Made by a program: the position numbers and the translations under genes
Notes under the pieces: generated by a model
Database searches by the model: none
Told to the model about the DNA's origin: nothing
What the model saw: the letters and a program-made list of their open reading frames with translations, nothing else
Origin: an uncultured Actinomycetota bacterium
GTDB lineage: Bacteria > Actinomycetota > Actinomycetes > Propionibacteriales > Nocardioidaceae
NCBI GenBank assembly: GCA_963815445.1
Contig: CAWFGV010000004.1
Location: 121,346-185,345, forward strand
DNA: 64,000 nt
Reading direction: 5' to 3'
Shown: one piece after another, positions 1-9,321 of the stretch
How the letters are laid out: every line of letters begins with the position of its first letter
Position numbering within the stretch: position 1 is the stretch's first letter

Positions 1-1627
1 CCTGGACCACGCTGTCGACCTCCAGCCGCAGGGCCGCGCCCTTACTGGCAAGGGCTCGCACTGCCACCGACGAGTTCGGCCCGACGATCGACCCCGCGGT
101 GAGGTCGACCGCGAGAACGGTCGTCGCGTCTGGACCGCTGGCATGCGCGTCCGTGAGCTCGATCGGTACGGCGGCCGGGGGGCTGCCCGACCGCCACCCG
201 TCGCCGATGCCGAATGGATGCCCGGTGTCGGCCTCACGGCTGGTGGCCAGTGCCCACGCCGCGAGGCACCACGCTGCCACCGGTGTGCGGAGCTCGAATA
301 CGTCCGGGTGACTGTCGAGCCAAGCCGTGTCGATCGCGGCGTCGCGATAAGCGTCTGAGTTCGCCAACTCGCGCAAGAAGCCCAGGTTCGTCGTCAGTCC
401 GAGCACCGCCGACTCGTCGAGCGCCGACACGAGCGCGCGGCGCGCCACCTCACGGGTCGACCCCCAGACGATGATCTTCCCGAGCATCGGGTCGTAGTTC
501 GTGCCCACCAGCTGCCCCGCCTCGAGCGCCGCGTCGACCCGGGCCCGTGCGGGCCAGGCGACCACCTGCGCGGTTCCGCCCTGGGGGAGGAAGCCGGCGT
601 AGGGGTCCTCGGCATACACCCGGGCCTCGATCGCGTGGCCGCGAACGGTCACCGCATCCTGGCCAAACGGCAGCGATTCCCCTTGTGCCACAGCGATCTG
701 GAGCTCTACGAGATCAACACCAGTCACGAGCTCGGTCACCGGATGCTCCACCTGGAGGCGAGTGTTCATCTCGAGGAAGAACGCGTCCTCGCCGGAGACC
801 AGGAACTCGACCGTGCCGGCGTTGACATAGCCGACCTCGCGGGCCAGCGCGACCGCCGCAGCGGTGACCCTGCGTCGTACGTCGTCGGAGATCTCGGTCG
901 CCGGCGCCTCCTCGAGCACCTTCTGGTGCCGCCGTTGGACCGAGCAGTCGCGCTCGAAGAGGTGGACGACATGCTCGTGCTCGTCGGCCAGCACTTGGAC
1001 CTCGATGTGTCGGCCATGCTCGACGTACCGCTCGAAGAGCAGGGTGTCGTCACCGAACGCGGACGCGGCCTCGCGACGAGCAGCGGCGATGGCTGCGGCC
1101 AGATCGGCCGCGTCGCGAACGATGCGCATGCCCTTGCCGCCACCTCCGGCCGCGGCCTTGACGAGCAGCGGCAGTCCGACCTGGGCGACGATCGTGTCGA
1201 GGTCGTCAGCACTGGAATCGGCGGCCGGTATGACGGGGACCCCGGCCGCGACGGCGATCTGGCGAGCCTTGTCCTTGCGTCCCATCAGGTCCATCACGTC
1301 GGCCGGAGGCCCGATGAAGACCAGCCCGGCGTCGGTCACGGCGCGGGCGAAGGCAGACCGTTCGGACAAGAACCCGTATCCGGGATGGACCGCGTCGGCG
1401 CCGGTGCGGGCCGCTGCGTCGAGGAGGGCGGGGATCGAGAGATAGGACTCGCCGGCCGGCGCCGGGCCGATCCGGGTAGCGGTGTCGGCGGCCCGGACGT
1501 GCGGCGCGTCGCGGTCGGCGTCGGAGTACACCGCCACGCTGCGCAGGCCGACCTTGGCGCAGGCGCGGAAGACGCGCAGCGCGATCTCGCCGCGGTTGGC
1601 GACCAGGACGCTTCCGAAGCGCGTCAC
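1..1627 (-). CDS. Acyl-CoA carboxylase alpha subunit (biotin carboxylase, methylcrotonyl/propionyl-CoA carboxylase type); C-terminal part runs off the left edge
   Basis: Absent from the ORF track because no stop lies in the window. Reverse-strand translation from GTG at 1627 reads VTRFGSVLVANRGEIALRVFRAC. Further on come LLVKAAAGGGGKGMR (near 1130) and FFLEMNTRLQVEHPVTE (near 740), the hallmark ATP-grasp biotin carboxylase motifs. Confidence 0.85.
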   Translation of the reverse strand, partial: MTRFGSVLVANRGEIALRVFRACAKVGLRSVAVYSDADRDAPHVRAADTATRIGPAPAGESYLSIPALLDAAARTGADAVHPGYGFLSERSAFARAVTDAGLVFIGPPADVMDLMGRKDKARQIAVAAGVPVIPAADSSADDLDTIVAQVGLPLLVKAAAGGGGKGMRIVRDAADLAAAIAAARREAASAFGDDTLLFERYVEHGRHIEVQVLADEHEHVVHLFERDCSVQRRHQKVLEEAPATEISDDVRRRVTAAAVALAREVGYVNAGTVEFLVSGEDAFFLEMNTRLQVEHPVTELVTGVDLVELQIAVAQGESLPFGQDAVTVRGHAIEARVYAEDPYAGFLPQGGTAQVVAWPARARVDAALEAGQLVGTNYDPMLGKIIVWGSTREVARRALVSALDESAVLGLTTNLGFLRELANSDAYRDAAIDTAWLDSHPDVFELRTPVAAWCLAAWALATSREADTGHPFGIGDGWRSGSPPAAVPIELTDAHASGPDATTVLAVDLTAGSIVGPNSSVAVRALASKGAALRLEVDSVVQ

Positions 1628-1691
1628 GGCATACCGCCGGCGTGGCCTGTGGGGACGGGCGAGCTGTCGGACGGCATACGGACTGCACTCT

Positions 1692-1727
1692 CCGTATGGA
1701 CCGTATGGACCGCATGGACCGGATGGA
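1692..1727. repeat. Tandem repeat, 4 x 9 bp (CCGNATGGA)
   Basis: ccgtatgga ccgtatgga ccgcatgga ccggatgga in perfect register, in the spacer between the two carboxylase genes. The first unit overlaps an 8-bp inverted repeat CATACGGA (1675-1682) / TCCGTATG (1691-1698). Confidence 0.8.
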
Positions 1728-1762
1728 CTGCAGTCACCGAGGCAAACCCACAGTCGCTGAGG

Positions 1763-1812
1763 CGCGTTTGCCTTGTGAACAAGCCACCTGGCTTGTGAAC
1801 TAGGCAAACGCG
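1763..1812. repeat. Nested 50-nt palindrome in the carboxylase intercistronic spacer
   Basis: Outer arms CGCGTTTGCC (1763-1772) and GGCAAACGCG (1803-1812) enclose an inner palindrome ACAAGCCA-CC-TGGCTTGT. A further GGCAAAC lies at 1741-1747. Confidence 0.75.
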
Positions 1813-1847
1813 GAGGGCCACCGGGGGCAGCAGGGTTGGCATGGGGG

Positions 1848-3404
1848 TCACATCCGGAAGATGCCGTAGGAGGGTTCGGGGATAGGCGCGTTCGCAGCGG
1901 CGGCAAGGCCCATGCCGAGCACGCGGCGGGTGTCGACCGGGTCGATGATGCCGTCGTCCCACAGGCGCCCGGTCGAGTAGTACGGCGAGCCCTGCCTCTC
2001 GTACTGGTCGCGGATCGGCGCCTTGAACGACTCCTCGTCCGCACTCGACCAGGACTCGCCCTTGGCCTCCAGGCCGTCGCGCCGGACCGTCGCGAGCACC
2101 GACGCCGCCTGCTCACCGCCCATCACGGAGATCCGCGCGTTCGGCCACATCCACAAGAAGCGCGGGTCGTACGCGCGTCCGCACATCCCGTAGTTGCCGG
2201 CACCGAAGGAGCCGCCGATCACCACGGTGAACTTCGGCACGACCGAGCACGCCACCGCGGTGACCAGCTTCGCGCCGTCCTTGGCAATGCCGCCGGCCTC
2301 GTACTGCCGGCCGACCATGAACCCGGTGATGTTCTGCAGGAACACCAACGGGATGCCGCGCTGGTTGCACAGCTCGATGAAGTGCGCTCCCTTCAACGAC
2401 GACTCGCTGAACAGGATCCCGTTGTTCGCCACGATCCCCACGGGGTAACCCCAGATACGCGCAAAGCCGCACACCAGCGTCTCGCCGTACAACGCCTTGA
2501 ACTCGTGCAGCCGAGAGCCGTCGACGACCCGACGGATCACCTCGCGCACGTCGTACGGCGTCCGGGTGTCGGCCGGCACCACGTCGTACAGCGTGGCCGG
2601 ATCCTCGGCGGGCTCTTCAGGCTCGTGCGGCGTCAACGACGGGGGAGTACGCCGTTCGAGCGTGCTCACGATGCTGCGCACGATCGCCAGCGCCTCGGCG
2701 TCGTCAGCCGCGAGGTGATCGACCACGCCCGACGTCCGGGCGTGCACGTCGCCACCGCCGAGGTCCTCGGCCGTCACGACCTCCCCGGTTGCTGCCTTCA
2801 CCAGTGGAGGGCCGCCCAGGAAGATCGTGCCCTGCTCGCGCACGATGACGGTCTCGTCGGACATCGCGGGCACGTAGGCACCCCCTGCGGTGCACGAGCC
2901 CATGACCGAGGCGACCTGCGGGACGCCGGCCGCGGACAGGTTGGCCTGGTTGAAGAAGATGCGGCCGAAGTGGTCGCGGTCGGGGAACACGTCGTCCTGC
3001 ATCGGCAGGAACGCCCCGCCCGAGTCGACGAGGTAGATGCACGGCAGCCGGTTCACACCGGCCACCTCCTGCGCACGAAGATGCTTCTTCACCGTCATCG
3101 GGTAGTAGGTGCCGCCCTTGACGGTGGCATCGTTGGCCACCACCACACACTCGCGACCACTGACCCGGCCGATCCCGGTGATGACACCGGCCGATGGGAC
3201 CGCGTCGTCGTACAGACCGAACGCGGCCAGCGGTGACAGCTCGAGGAACGGCGAGCCGGGGTCGAGCAGCCGGTCGACGCGTTCGCGGACCAGCAGCTTG
3301 CCGCGCGCCACGTGCTTGGCGCGAGCCGCCGCGGAACCACCTTGCCGCACGACGGCGAGCCGCTCACGCAGCTCAACCACGAGCGACATCAGGTCCTCGG
3401 CCAT
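1848..3404 (-). CDS. Acyl-CoA carboxylase beta subunit (carboxyltransferase, methylcrotonyl-CoA carboxylase beta-like)
   Basis: Track ORF 1848..3461. The internal ATG at 3404 (MAEDLMSLV) has GGAGA about 6 nt upstream and is the likelier start. [60 protein letters not shown] and [17 protein letters not shown] match MCC/PCC carboxyltransferase subunits. Confidence 0.9.
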   Translation of the reverse strand: MAEDLMSLVVELRERLAVVRQGGSAAARAKHVARGKLLVRERVDRLLDPGSPFLELSPLAAFGLYDDAVPSAGVITGIGRVSGRECVVVANDATVKGGTYYPMTVKKHLRAQEVAGVNRLPCIYLVDSGGAFLPMQDDVFPDRDHFGRIFFNQANLSAAGVPQVASVMGSCTAGGAYVPAMSDETVIVREQGTIFLGGPPLVKAATGEVVTAEDLGGGDVHARTSGVVDHLAADDAEALAIVRSIVSTLERRTPPSLTPHEPEEPAEDPATLYDVVPADTRTPYDVREVIRRVVDGSRLHEFKALYGETLVCGFARIWGYPVGIVANNGILFSESSLKGAHFIELCNQRGIPLVFLQNITGFMVGRQYEAGGIAKDGAKLVTAVACSVVPKFTVVIGGSFGAGNYGMCGRAYDPRFLWMWPNARISVMGGEQAASVLATVRRDGLEAKGESWSSADEESFKAPIRDQYERQGSPYYSTGRLWDDGIIDPVDTRRVLGMGLAAAANAPIPEPSYGIFRM

Positions 3405-3484
3405 CGCATCTCCTCTCGACCCTTCGACCTCAGCGTGACACGCGGCCACGGTGACATTCACAGACGCGCCTCACTACGCCCTCC

Positions 3485-3504
3485 ATGTTAGCGATCATTA
3501 ACAT
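3485..3504. promoter_or_regulatory. Candidate TetR operator, imperfect 20-bp palindrome ATGTTAGCGATCATTAACAT
   Basis: 16 of 20 positions are self-complementary (ATGTTA nn GATC nn TAACAT). It lies in the 121-bp divergent region between the carboxyltransferase start (3404) and the TetR start (3526). Confidence 0.5.
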
Positions 3505-3525
3505 CGGAGGTCTACACTTCCCTGC

Positions 3526-4080
3526 ATGGGCACCTCTCGCCGGGAGCAGATCCTGGACCGGGCGGCCGAGCTGTTCGCCGACAGAGGCTTCCACGGCGTG
3601 TCCGTCCACGACATCGGCGCAGCGTGCGGCATCTCCGGCCCCGCGCTCTACCGCCACTTCGCCAGCAAGGACGCCATGCTGGCCGAGATGCTCGTCAGCA
3701 TCAGTGAGCGGCTGCTCTCCGAGGCCCGTCGACGGGTGGCGACGGCCGTCGACGACGAGGCCGCCCTCCGCGAGCTCGTCCGCTGGCACACCGACTTCGC
3801 TCTCACGCACAAGGACCTCATCGTGGTGCAGGACCGCGACTGGGGTGCACTGCCCGGCAGCGCGCGCGAGCGTGTCCGCACCCTCCAGCGGGCCTATGTC
3901 GGGTTGTGGGTCGCCGCGCTCCGCCGGGTTCGCGGCGAGGTCGGGCCCCGCGCGGGCGAAGCAGCCGCGCACGCGGTCTTCGGCCTCCTCAACTCCACCC
4001 CGCACAGTGCCCGGCTGGGGCCGGAGCGGATGCGCTCGCTGTTGGAGTCGATGGCCTGGGACGCCTTGCACGCCGTGTGA
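3526..4080 (+). CDS. TetR/AcrR family transcriptional regulator
   Basis: N-terminal REQILDRAAELFADRGFHGVSVHDIGAACGISGPALYRHFASKDAML is the TetR helix-turn-helix signature. The gene is divergent from the carboxylase operon. Confidence 0.9.
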   Translation: MGTSRREQILDRAAELFADRGFHGVSVHDIGAACGISGPALYRHFASKDAMLAEMLVSISERLLSEARRRVATAVDDEAALRELVRWHTDFALTHKDLIVVQDRDWGALPGSARERVRTLQRAYVGLWVAALRRVRGEVGPRAGEAAAHAVFGLLNSTPHSARLGPERMRSLLESMAWDALHAV

Positions 4081-4193
4081 TTCCGCCACATCTCGACCAC
4101 GTCTCGCGCCCACTCCTACGCAGCGGGCCGACATCCGTCGAGTTCGCGCGGTACGGCGGCTAGAGTCCTGCCACACCCCCAGCTGAGGAAGAG

Positions 4194-5420
4194 ATGGCAC
4201 AACGGACCTACCTGCACGTCGGGACGCCTACCTCCGGAACGACGTTCCTGCAGCGAGTGCTCTGGCAGAACGCCGCGCCGCTGCGCGCCCAGGGCTTCCT
4301 CCTCCCGGGCCGGATGGTCTCCCACTACACCGCCGCGCGCGCGCTGACCGAGCGGCCGTCGACCGGCGACCACGACGACCGCAGCGAGACCGCCCCGACG
4401 GTCTTGACCGAGATCGGTGACCACGCCTGGACCAAGCTCGTCCGGCAGGTCAACCGCTGGCCCGGTTCGGCCCTGATCGGCCACCCCGCGCTGGCCGCCG
4501 CGACCAGCGAGCAGGCCGGGCGAGCCGTCGCGGCCCTCGAGGGCGAGGTTCATCTGGTGCTGACCGCTCGCCCGGTCCATCTGCAGGCGGCGGTCGCGTG
4601 GCAAGAACAGGTCAAGGCCGGCCGGTCTGCTCCGCTGGACGCGTTCCTCGACCGACTGCAGTCCGACGGCAACCCCGGACAACGTTTCTGGCGCCTGCAC
4701 GACCTGGCCGACATCCTGTCTCGCTGGCAGGGTGCGCTTCCGCCGGAACGCGTGCATGTGGTGACGGTGCCGGGAACGACCCCACACACCCGGCCTGCTG
4801 AGGCGCACGAGCTCTGGACCCGCTACGCCGGCGTGCTCGGGCTCGACGCGGCGGCGTACGACGCCCGCTTCGACGTCGTACCCACCGCCCTCGGTGCGGT
4901 CGAGGCGGAGGTGTTACGTGCCGTCCACGCGCGGCGCGACCCCCGTTTCACGGACCCCCAGCGCCATGTCTGGACGCGGCAGCTGCTCGCCAACGACGTG
5001 CTCTCCCGACGACACGGCGCCCCGCTGCGACTACCACCACAGGCACGCCCGTGGCTGTCGGACCGATCCCGGCGCATGACGGATGGCATCCGTTCGGCCG
5101 GCTACGAAGTTGTCGGTGATCTGGATGTCCTCGGTTGGTCCGACCCTCCGACCGAAGCGCAGCTCCCGGCCGAGGTGACAACGCAGGAGCTGGAATCCCT
5201 TGCCAGCTGGACGATTCTGCGCCTCCAGGAGGCACTCGTTCACCGCGAGCCAGTCACGTCCCCACCGCCGATCGGGCCGGACGACGGAGTCGACGGCATC
5301 ATCGAGCTGCTCGAACACATCCGCGCTGCCGACACCGGCCGACCACCGCGATCCGCGCCGCGCGACCCGTCCCGCGCGCTACGGCTCCGGCAGGCCCTTC
5401 CCGTCCGGCGCAGCCGCTGA
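4194..5420 (+). CDS. Hypothetical protein, sulfotransferase-like P-loop N-terminus
   Basis: 408-aa ORF with GAGGAAGAG just upstream of the ATG. It starts YLHVGTPTSGTTFLQRVLWQN, which resembles the PAPS-binding loop of sulfotransferase-family proteins. The rest has no motif I can name. Confidence 0.5.
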   Translation: MAQRTYLHVGTPTSGTTFLQRVLWQNAAPLRAQGFLLPGRMVSHYTAARALTERPSTGDHDDRSETAPTVLTEIGDHAWTKLVRQVNRWPGSALIGHPALAAATSEQAGRAVAALEGEVHLVLTARPVHLQAAVAWQEQVKAGRSAPLDAFLDRLQSDGNPGQRFWRLHDLADILSRWQGALPPERVHVVTVPGTTPHTRPAEAHELWTRYAGVLGLDAAAYDARFDVVPTALGAVEAEVLRAVHARRDPRFTDPQRHVWTRQLLANDVLSRRHGAPLRLPPQARPWLSDRSRRMTDGIRSAGYEVVGDLDVLGWSDPPTEAQLPAEVTTQELESLASWTILRLQEALVHREPVTSPPPIGPDDGVDGIIELLEHIRAADTGRPPRSAPRDPSRALRLRQALPVRRSR

Positions 5421-5554
5421 AACCCCGCTGCGGGCACTCGCGGCACGAAAATAGTTGCACCTATGCAAACTCTTGACCTGCGCCTTACGACGTGGTTTCC
5501 TGACGGTAGTGGTTGAGACAACTGCCACTGGCTTTCTTTACTGAAGGACCTGTG

Positions 5555-6460
5555 ATGTCTCCCATCTTCACCAGTTCTGACCTTTCTGACCATTTGTACC
5601 AGCCTGAGGCGGATCATCTCACCGCCCATGCGTCCACTCTCCCGACAACGGACGAGCGGGCCGTCCGGACACAGGAGCTGCTCCAGCGGTGTGTCGGCGC
5701 CACTCCACAGGAGCAGGATCTCCTGCACGAGGAGATCGTGCTGCTCAATGTCGAGGTGGCTGAGTCCATCGTGATGCGCTACCGCAACCGGGGTGTGCCG
5801 ATCGAGGACCTCGTCCAGGTCGCCTGTCTCGGCCTCGTCAAGGCGGCCCGCGGTTTCGACCCCGCCAAGAGCGACAACTTCCTCGGGTATGCCGTGCCGA
5901 CCATCCTCGGTGAGGTGAAGCGCTTCTTCCGCGACAACGCCTGGACCGTGCGCCCGCCGAGGCGGATCCAGGAGCTGCAGGCCGAGATCGCCACGACATC
6001 GTCTCAGCTCATGCACGAGTCCGGTCGGGTGCCGACCCCGCACGACGTTGCCGACGCGATCGGGATCGACGCGAAGGACGTGATCGAGGCGCTGTCAGCG
6101 GACGGCTGCTTCTCCCCGACGTCGCTGGACCGTCCGCCGCGCGAAGGCGAGACTGCCCCGCTGGCCGAGGCCCTGGGCTGCGAAGACCCCGGCTTCGCGC
6201 ACGCCGAGGCGGTGGTTGCGCTCCGACCGCTGTGCCAGGGCCTGACCGAGCGTGAACGTCGGATCGTCTATCTGCGGTTCTTCCATGAGTGGACGCAGGC
6301 GCGGATCGCTGAGGAGTTCGGGGTGACGCAGATGCAGGTCTCCCGGCTGTTGACCCGCATCTTTGCCAAGCTGCGCGAGCAGCTCGGGACGCTCGAGGCG
6401 GTCGATGCGACTGGTTCGACCGGGCCGGGTAACAACGACCTCACGTCGATACCGGCCTAG
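5555..6460 (+). CDS. RNA polymerase sigma factor, SigB/SigF/SigG (group 3) type
   Basis: Track ORF starts at TTG 5513. ATG 5555 has GAAGGA 8 nt upstream. LGLVKAARGFDPAKSDNFLGYAVPTILGEVKRFFRDNAWTVRPPRRIQEL covers regions 2.x-3. LTERERRIVYLRFFHEWTQARIAEEFGVTQMQVSRLL is the region 4.2 HTH. Confidence 0.9.
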   Translation: MSPIFTSSDLSDHLYQPEADHLTAHASTLPTTDERAVRTQELLQRCVGATPQEQDLLHEEIVLLNVEVAESIVMRYRNRGVPIEDLVQVACLGLVKAARGFDPAKSDNFLGYAVPTILGEVKRFFRDNAWTVRPPRRIQELQAEIATTSSQLMHESGRVPTPHDVADAIGIDAKDVIEALSADGCFSPTSLDRPPREGETAPLAEALGCEDPGFAHAEAVVALRPLCQGLTERERRIVYLRFFHEWTQARIAEEFGVTQMQVSRLLTRIFAKLREQLGTLEAVDATGSTGPGNNDLTSIPA

Positions 6461-6477
6461 CCGATTCGCGCTCCACG

Positions 6478-7167
6478 TCAGTCGGGCGGCAGCTGCCGCG
6501 TCTCGATGATGTGGCTCGCTACGGAGCGAAGCTTGATGTTGCGTTCCTGCGAGTAACGTCGCAACACCGAGAACGCCTGATCCGGCGTAAGACCGAAACG
6601 TTCCATCAGGATGCCCTGAGCGAGGCCGATCAGGTGCCGCGCGTCGATCGCCTGACGCAGGCCCTCCTCGCGGCGGGCATTCGCCAACGCGACCGAGGCA
6701 TGCTGCCCGAACACGTGGGCCATGGCGGCGTCGTCGGGGCTGAAGTCCCGCACCGACGCCGAGTAGAGGTTCAGGGCCCCGAGCGTCTGCTCACCGGCGA
6801 ACAGCCGCACACTCAGCATGCTGTGCAGGCCGAGCTCGGCGGCCAGCGGACCGAAGCGCGGCCAGCGAGGATCGGTCGCGGTGTCATGCACGAGGAACGT
6901 GTCCTGCGACCAGACCGCCTGCAGGCAAGGTCCCTCGCCGAGCTCGGCTTGCAGCTGGTCAGCCTGCTCGATCACCTCGTGGGTGGCGGCAGCGGTCTCG
7001 ATGGTCTTGTTGCGGACGACGTGAATTCCGACGAAGTCGGTCTCGAGCGTCTGCTGCGCGTAATCCGCGATCCCGGCCAGCGTCTCGTCGACGTCGGGTC
7101 GTTCGAGCAGATCCATCGCCATCTCGGCGAAGTCGGCAGCTGCGAGCTCCACTGGCATTCCTCTCAT
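6478..7167 (-). CDS. GAF and ANTAR domain-containing protein (RNA-binding antiterminator type)
   Basis: C-terminal IDARHLIGLAQGILMERFGLTPDQAFSVLRRYSQERNIKLRSVASHII is the ANTAR signature. The N-terminal roughly 150 aa are GAF-like (GEGPCLQAV, LGALNLYS). Track start is TTG 7173, with ATG candidates at 7167 and 7158. Confidence 0.85.
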   Translation of the reverse strand: MRGMPVELAAADFAEMAMDLLERPDVDETLAGIADYAQQTLETDFVGIHVVRNKTIETAAATHEVIEQADQLQAELGEGPCLQAVWSQDTFLVHDTATDPRWPRFGPLAAELGLHSMLSVRLFAGEQTLGALNLYSASVRDFSPDDAAMAHVFGQHASVALANARREEGLRQAIDARHLIGLAQGILMERFGLTPDQAFSVLRRYSQERNIKLRSVASHIIETRQLPPD

Positions 7168-7255
7168 GGCCAAGTCGTGCGTATGTCGACAGGCCCAGCG
7201 GGCAACCCCCCGAACACATCATTGTCCACCGTCCGGCGTGGCGTTGACCAGCGGC

Positions 7256-7948
7256 TCAAGGTTGGACACGCGCGGTCGGCACTGCCACCCCGCCATCGGC
7301 GCGGAAGTGAAACCACGTCTGGTTCGGGTCCAAGGGGCTCGGCGAGCCGGTGAACCGATGCACCCCGACCGAGAAGAGCTCGTCCGCAGGAGCGTTCCAC
7401 GCCACCTCCTCGAAACCCGCCGCGGCAAACCACGACCTGATCTGCGGCGTCAGATCGGGCGCTCGGCGGGACCGGGTCCAGATCACGGTGGCGCCGGTCG
7501 CTGCCAGCTGGGGGACCGCCGACACCGTGCGTCGTACGTCGTCGTCGCTGATGTTGCCGAAGACGCCGCAGAGCAGGACGAGATCGGCAGGAACGGCGCC
7601 GCCATAGCTGGCTGCGTGACCGGCGTCTGCGGTGCGGACCTCGACGTTCGTCAGCCCGGCCTCGGCGGCGCATCGTCGAGCGGCCTCGGCCAGCGTGGGG
7701 TCGAGCTCGACGAGGACCACTCGCACGAGATCGGCATCGTCACGGTCGGCCAGGACGGCGAGTACGTCGCGGCCGTCGCCGGCACAGGCGCTCACGACGT
7801 GGAGCTGCTCCGACGCGTGCCTGTGGATGGACACCTCGTCGAACCAGTGCCGCAGGTGTGCGCGAATGATCGACAGCCGCCGGTTCAGTGGGTTGTCCGG
7901 CTCGGCGTACTGCTGGTGCCAGTGCTGCCAGTGCGTGTCGTGCGGCAT
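7256..7948 (-). CDS. Class I SAM-dependent methyltransferase
   Basis: VVSACAGDGRDVLAVL (motif I variant), VVLVELDP (acidic motif II) and LLCGVFGNISD. Its first 64 nt overlap the end of the upstream DUF2235 gene in another frame. Confidence 0.7.
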   Translation of the reverse strand: MPHDTHWQHWHQQYAEPDNPLNRRLSIIRAHLRHWFDEVSIHRHASEQLHVVSACAGDGRDVLAVLADRDDADLVRVVLVELDPTLAEAARRCAAEAGLTNVEVRTADAGHAASYGGAVPADLVLLCGVFGNISDDDVRRTVSAVPQLAATGATVIWTRSRRAPDLTPQIRSWFAAAGFEEVAWNAPADELFSVGVHRFTGSPSPLDPNQTWFHFRADGGVAVPTARVQP

Positions 7949-9159
7949 CGGGCCATGGTGGCAGACCGGGCCCCGGGCACGACCTGCTTGGGCCGGTCGA
8001 GGTAGACACCGGCGTCCTCGAGCCTCACGGTGATGCTCTCCACGCTGACCTCAGGCAAGGCGATCACCTGCTCCGTCAGAGCGTCCATGTTCTCGGGCGG
8101 GCGGTCCTCGATTAGCAGCTCCAGGTTGGGAGGTAGGTAGTCCCGCTCGGTGTCGAAGTAATGCGCTCGGGCGGCTGAGGACACGAGCACCCCGCTGCCG
8201 GGCGCGCGCAGGTTGCGCCGTGCACCCACGAAGAGCTCCTTCTCCTCCGCCCGGCGGGGCCGGACGCGCTCGCGCAGGTTCGAGATCCGGTAGAACCACC
8301 GCAGCGAGCTGTGCCGGATGGCAGGCGACTGACCGGCGATGTAGGAGTCCAGCAGCGGGCGGTCGAAGACGAGCCCCCGCAGGTTTGCCTCGCTCACCAT
8401 CCAGAGGAGTGCAGTGTCCGACAACCCGGTCTCGCCGTAGCCACCGCCGACGTCGGAGTGCGCGCCCTCGAACCAGACCTGCTTGATCCGGTCGGGTTCG
8501 TCGGGACGGTCCGGTGCCTCCCACAGGCACGGCGCGAACACCATGCGTCCCTCGTCGATGGCGAGCGCCTGACGCGCGCACTGCACCGACTCACCCAGCC
8601 GGATGTCGTGGAACTGGTGGTCCTTCGGCAGTATGCCGGGAACGCCGAGTGCACCGACCGTGTCGAAGACGCCGATGAACTTCGTGGGGGTGTCCGGGTG
8701 GCAGAAGTCGCGCTTGAACTCCTCGTTGCTGGCACCGAACGCACCCGATGCCGGCCTCTTGCGCTGGTAGCGGGTCACGGCTTCGGGCAGCTTGTCCGCG
8801 ATGACGGATCGCCGCGTGAGCAGGCCGACGTACCCGATCATGCCAACGAGGCTGCGCGCGGTGTAGGCACCGCGGCTGAAGCCGAACACGAAGATCTCGT
8901 CGCCCTCCTCGTAGTTGAGCGCGAGGAATCGGTAGGCGGTCTTCACGTTGTTGAACAAACCCGAGCCGAAGGCGCCGCCGAGCAGCTGGTCGAGCTTGTA
9001 ACCGATGCCGACCCCACCGACATACAGCACGAGCTGCTGCACCCCACCGGATGCCGTCGGATCCGTCTGGATCGTGCGCGCGATCTTTTCGATATTGGTG
9101 ATGTGTGCGCTGTCCGGCTTGTTCCAGGTGCCGTCACAGCAGACCACGAGGCGCTTCAT
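7885..9159 (-). CDS. DUF2235 / T6SS Tle1-like alpha-beta hydrolase domain protein, no signal peptide
   Basis: This is the C-terminal 425 codons of the 820-aa track ORF. The ATG at 9159 gives MKRLVVCCDGTWNKPD, the typical DUF2235 start. It has the nucleophile elbow VFGFSRGAYTARS, then DTVGALG and EGAHSDVGGGYG. Upstream of 9159 the ORF is antisense shadow of the cyclase gene. Confidence 0.8.
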   Translation of the reverse strand: MKRLVVCCDGTWNKPDSAHITNIEKIARTIQTDPTASGGVQQLVLYVGGVGIGYKLDQLLGGAFGSGLFNNVKTAYRFLALNYEEGDEIFVFGFSRGAYTARSLVGMIGYVGLLTRRSVIADKLPEAVTRYQRKRPASGAFGASNEEFKRDFCHPDTPTKFIGVFDTVGALGVPGILPKDHQFHDIRLGESVQCARQALAIDEGRMVFAPCLWEAPDRPDEPDRIKQVWFEGAHSDVGGGYGETGLSDTALLWMVSEANLRGLVFDRPLLDSYIAGQSPAIRHSSLRWFYRISNLRERVRPRRAEEKELFVGARRNLRAPGSGVLVSSAARAHYFDTERDYLPPNLELLIEDRPPENMDALTEQVIALPEVSVESITVRLEDAGVYLDRPKQVVPGARSATMARCRTTRTGSTGTSSTPSRTTH

Positions 9160-9321
9160 CTGGCCCTCCAGCCCAACGTGTCCTCTCGTTGTGGTGCTAA
9201 GGAGGCTAGTCGCGCTCGAGCGATACCGGATCAGCCACTCGGTCAGACTTCTCAGAGCCGGGTGCGCCTGTGGCGCGGCTTCGGTCTGACATTTCCCGCT
9301 GGTGGGTATTAGTCTCCCCGG

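Noticed and set aside
635-3236. Long plus-strand ORFs 635..1798 (387 aa) and 1836..3236 (466 aa)
   Set aside because: They are antisense shadows of the two carboxylase genes. Their products are Arg/Gly/Asp-rich with no motifs, while the minus strand encodes unmistakable biotin carboxylase and carboxyltransferase sequence.
4134-4175. CGAGTTCGCGCGGTACGGCGGCTAGAGTCC, a weak resemblance to the palindromic repeat (CGAGTT start, GGCTAGAG as in copy 2)
   Set aside because: No TTGTCAGAA / TTCTGACAA arms and no hairpin potential. The similarity is too short to support a fourth copy.
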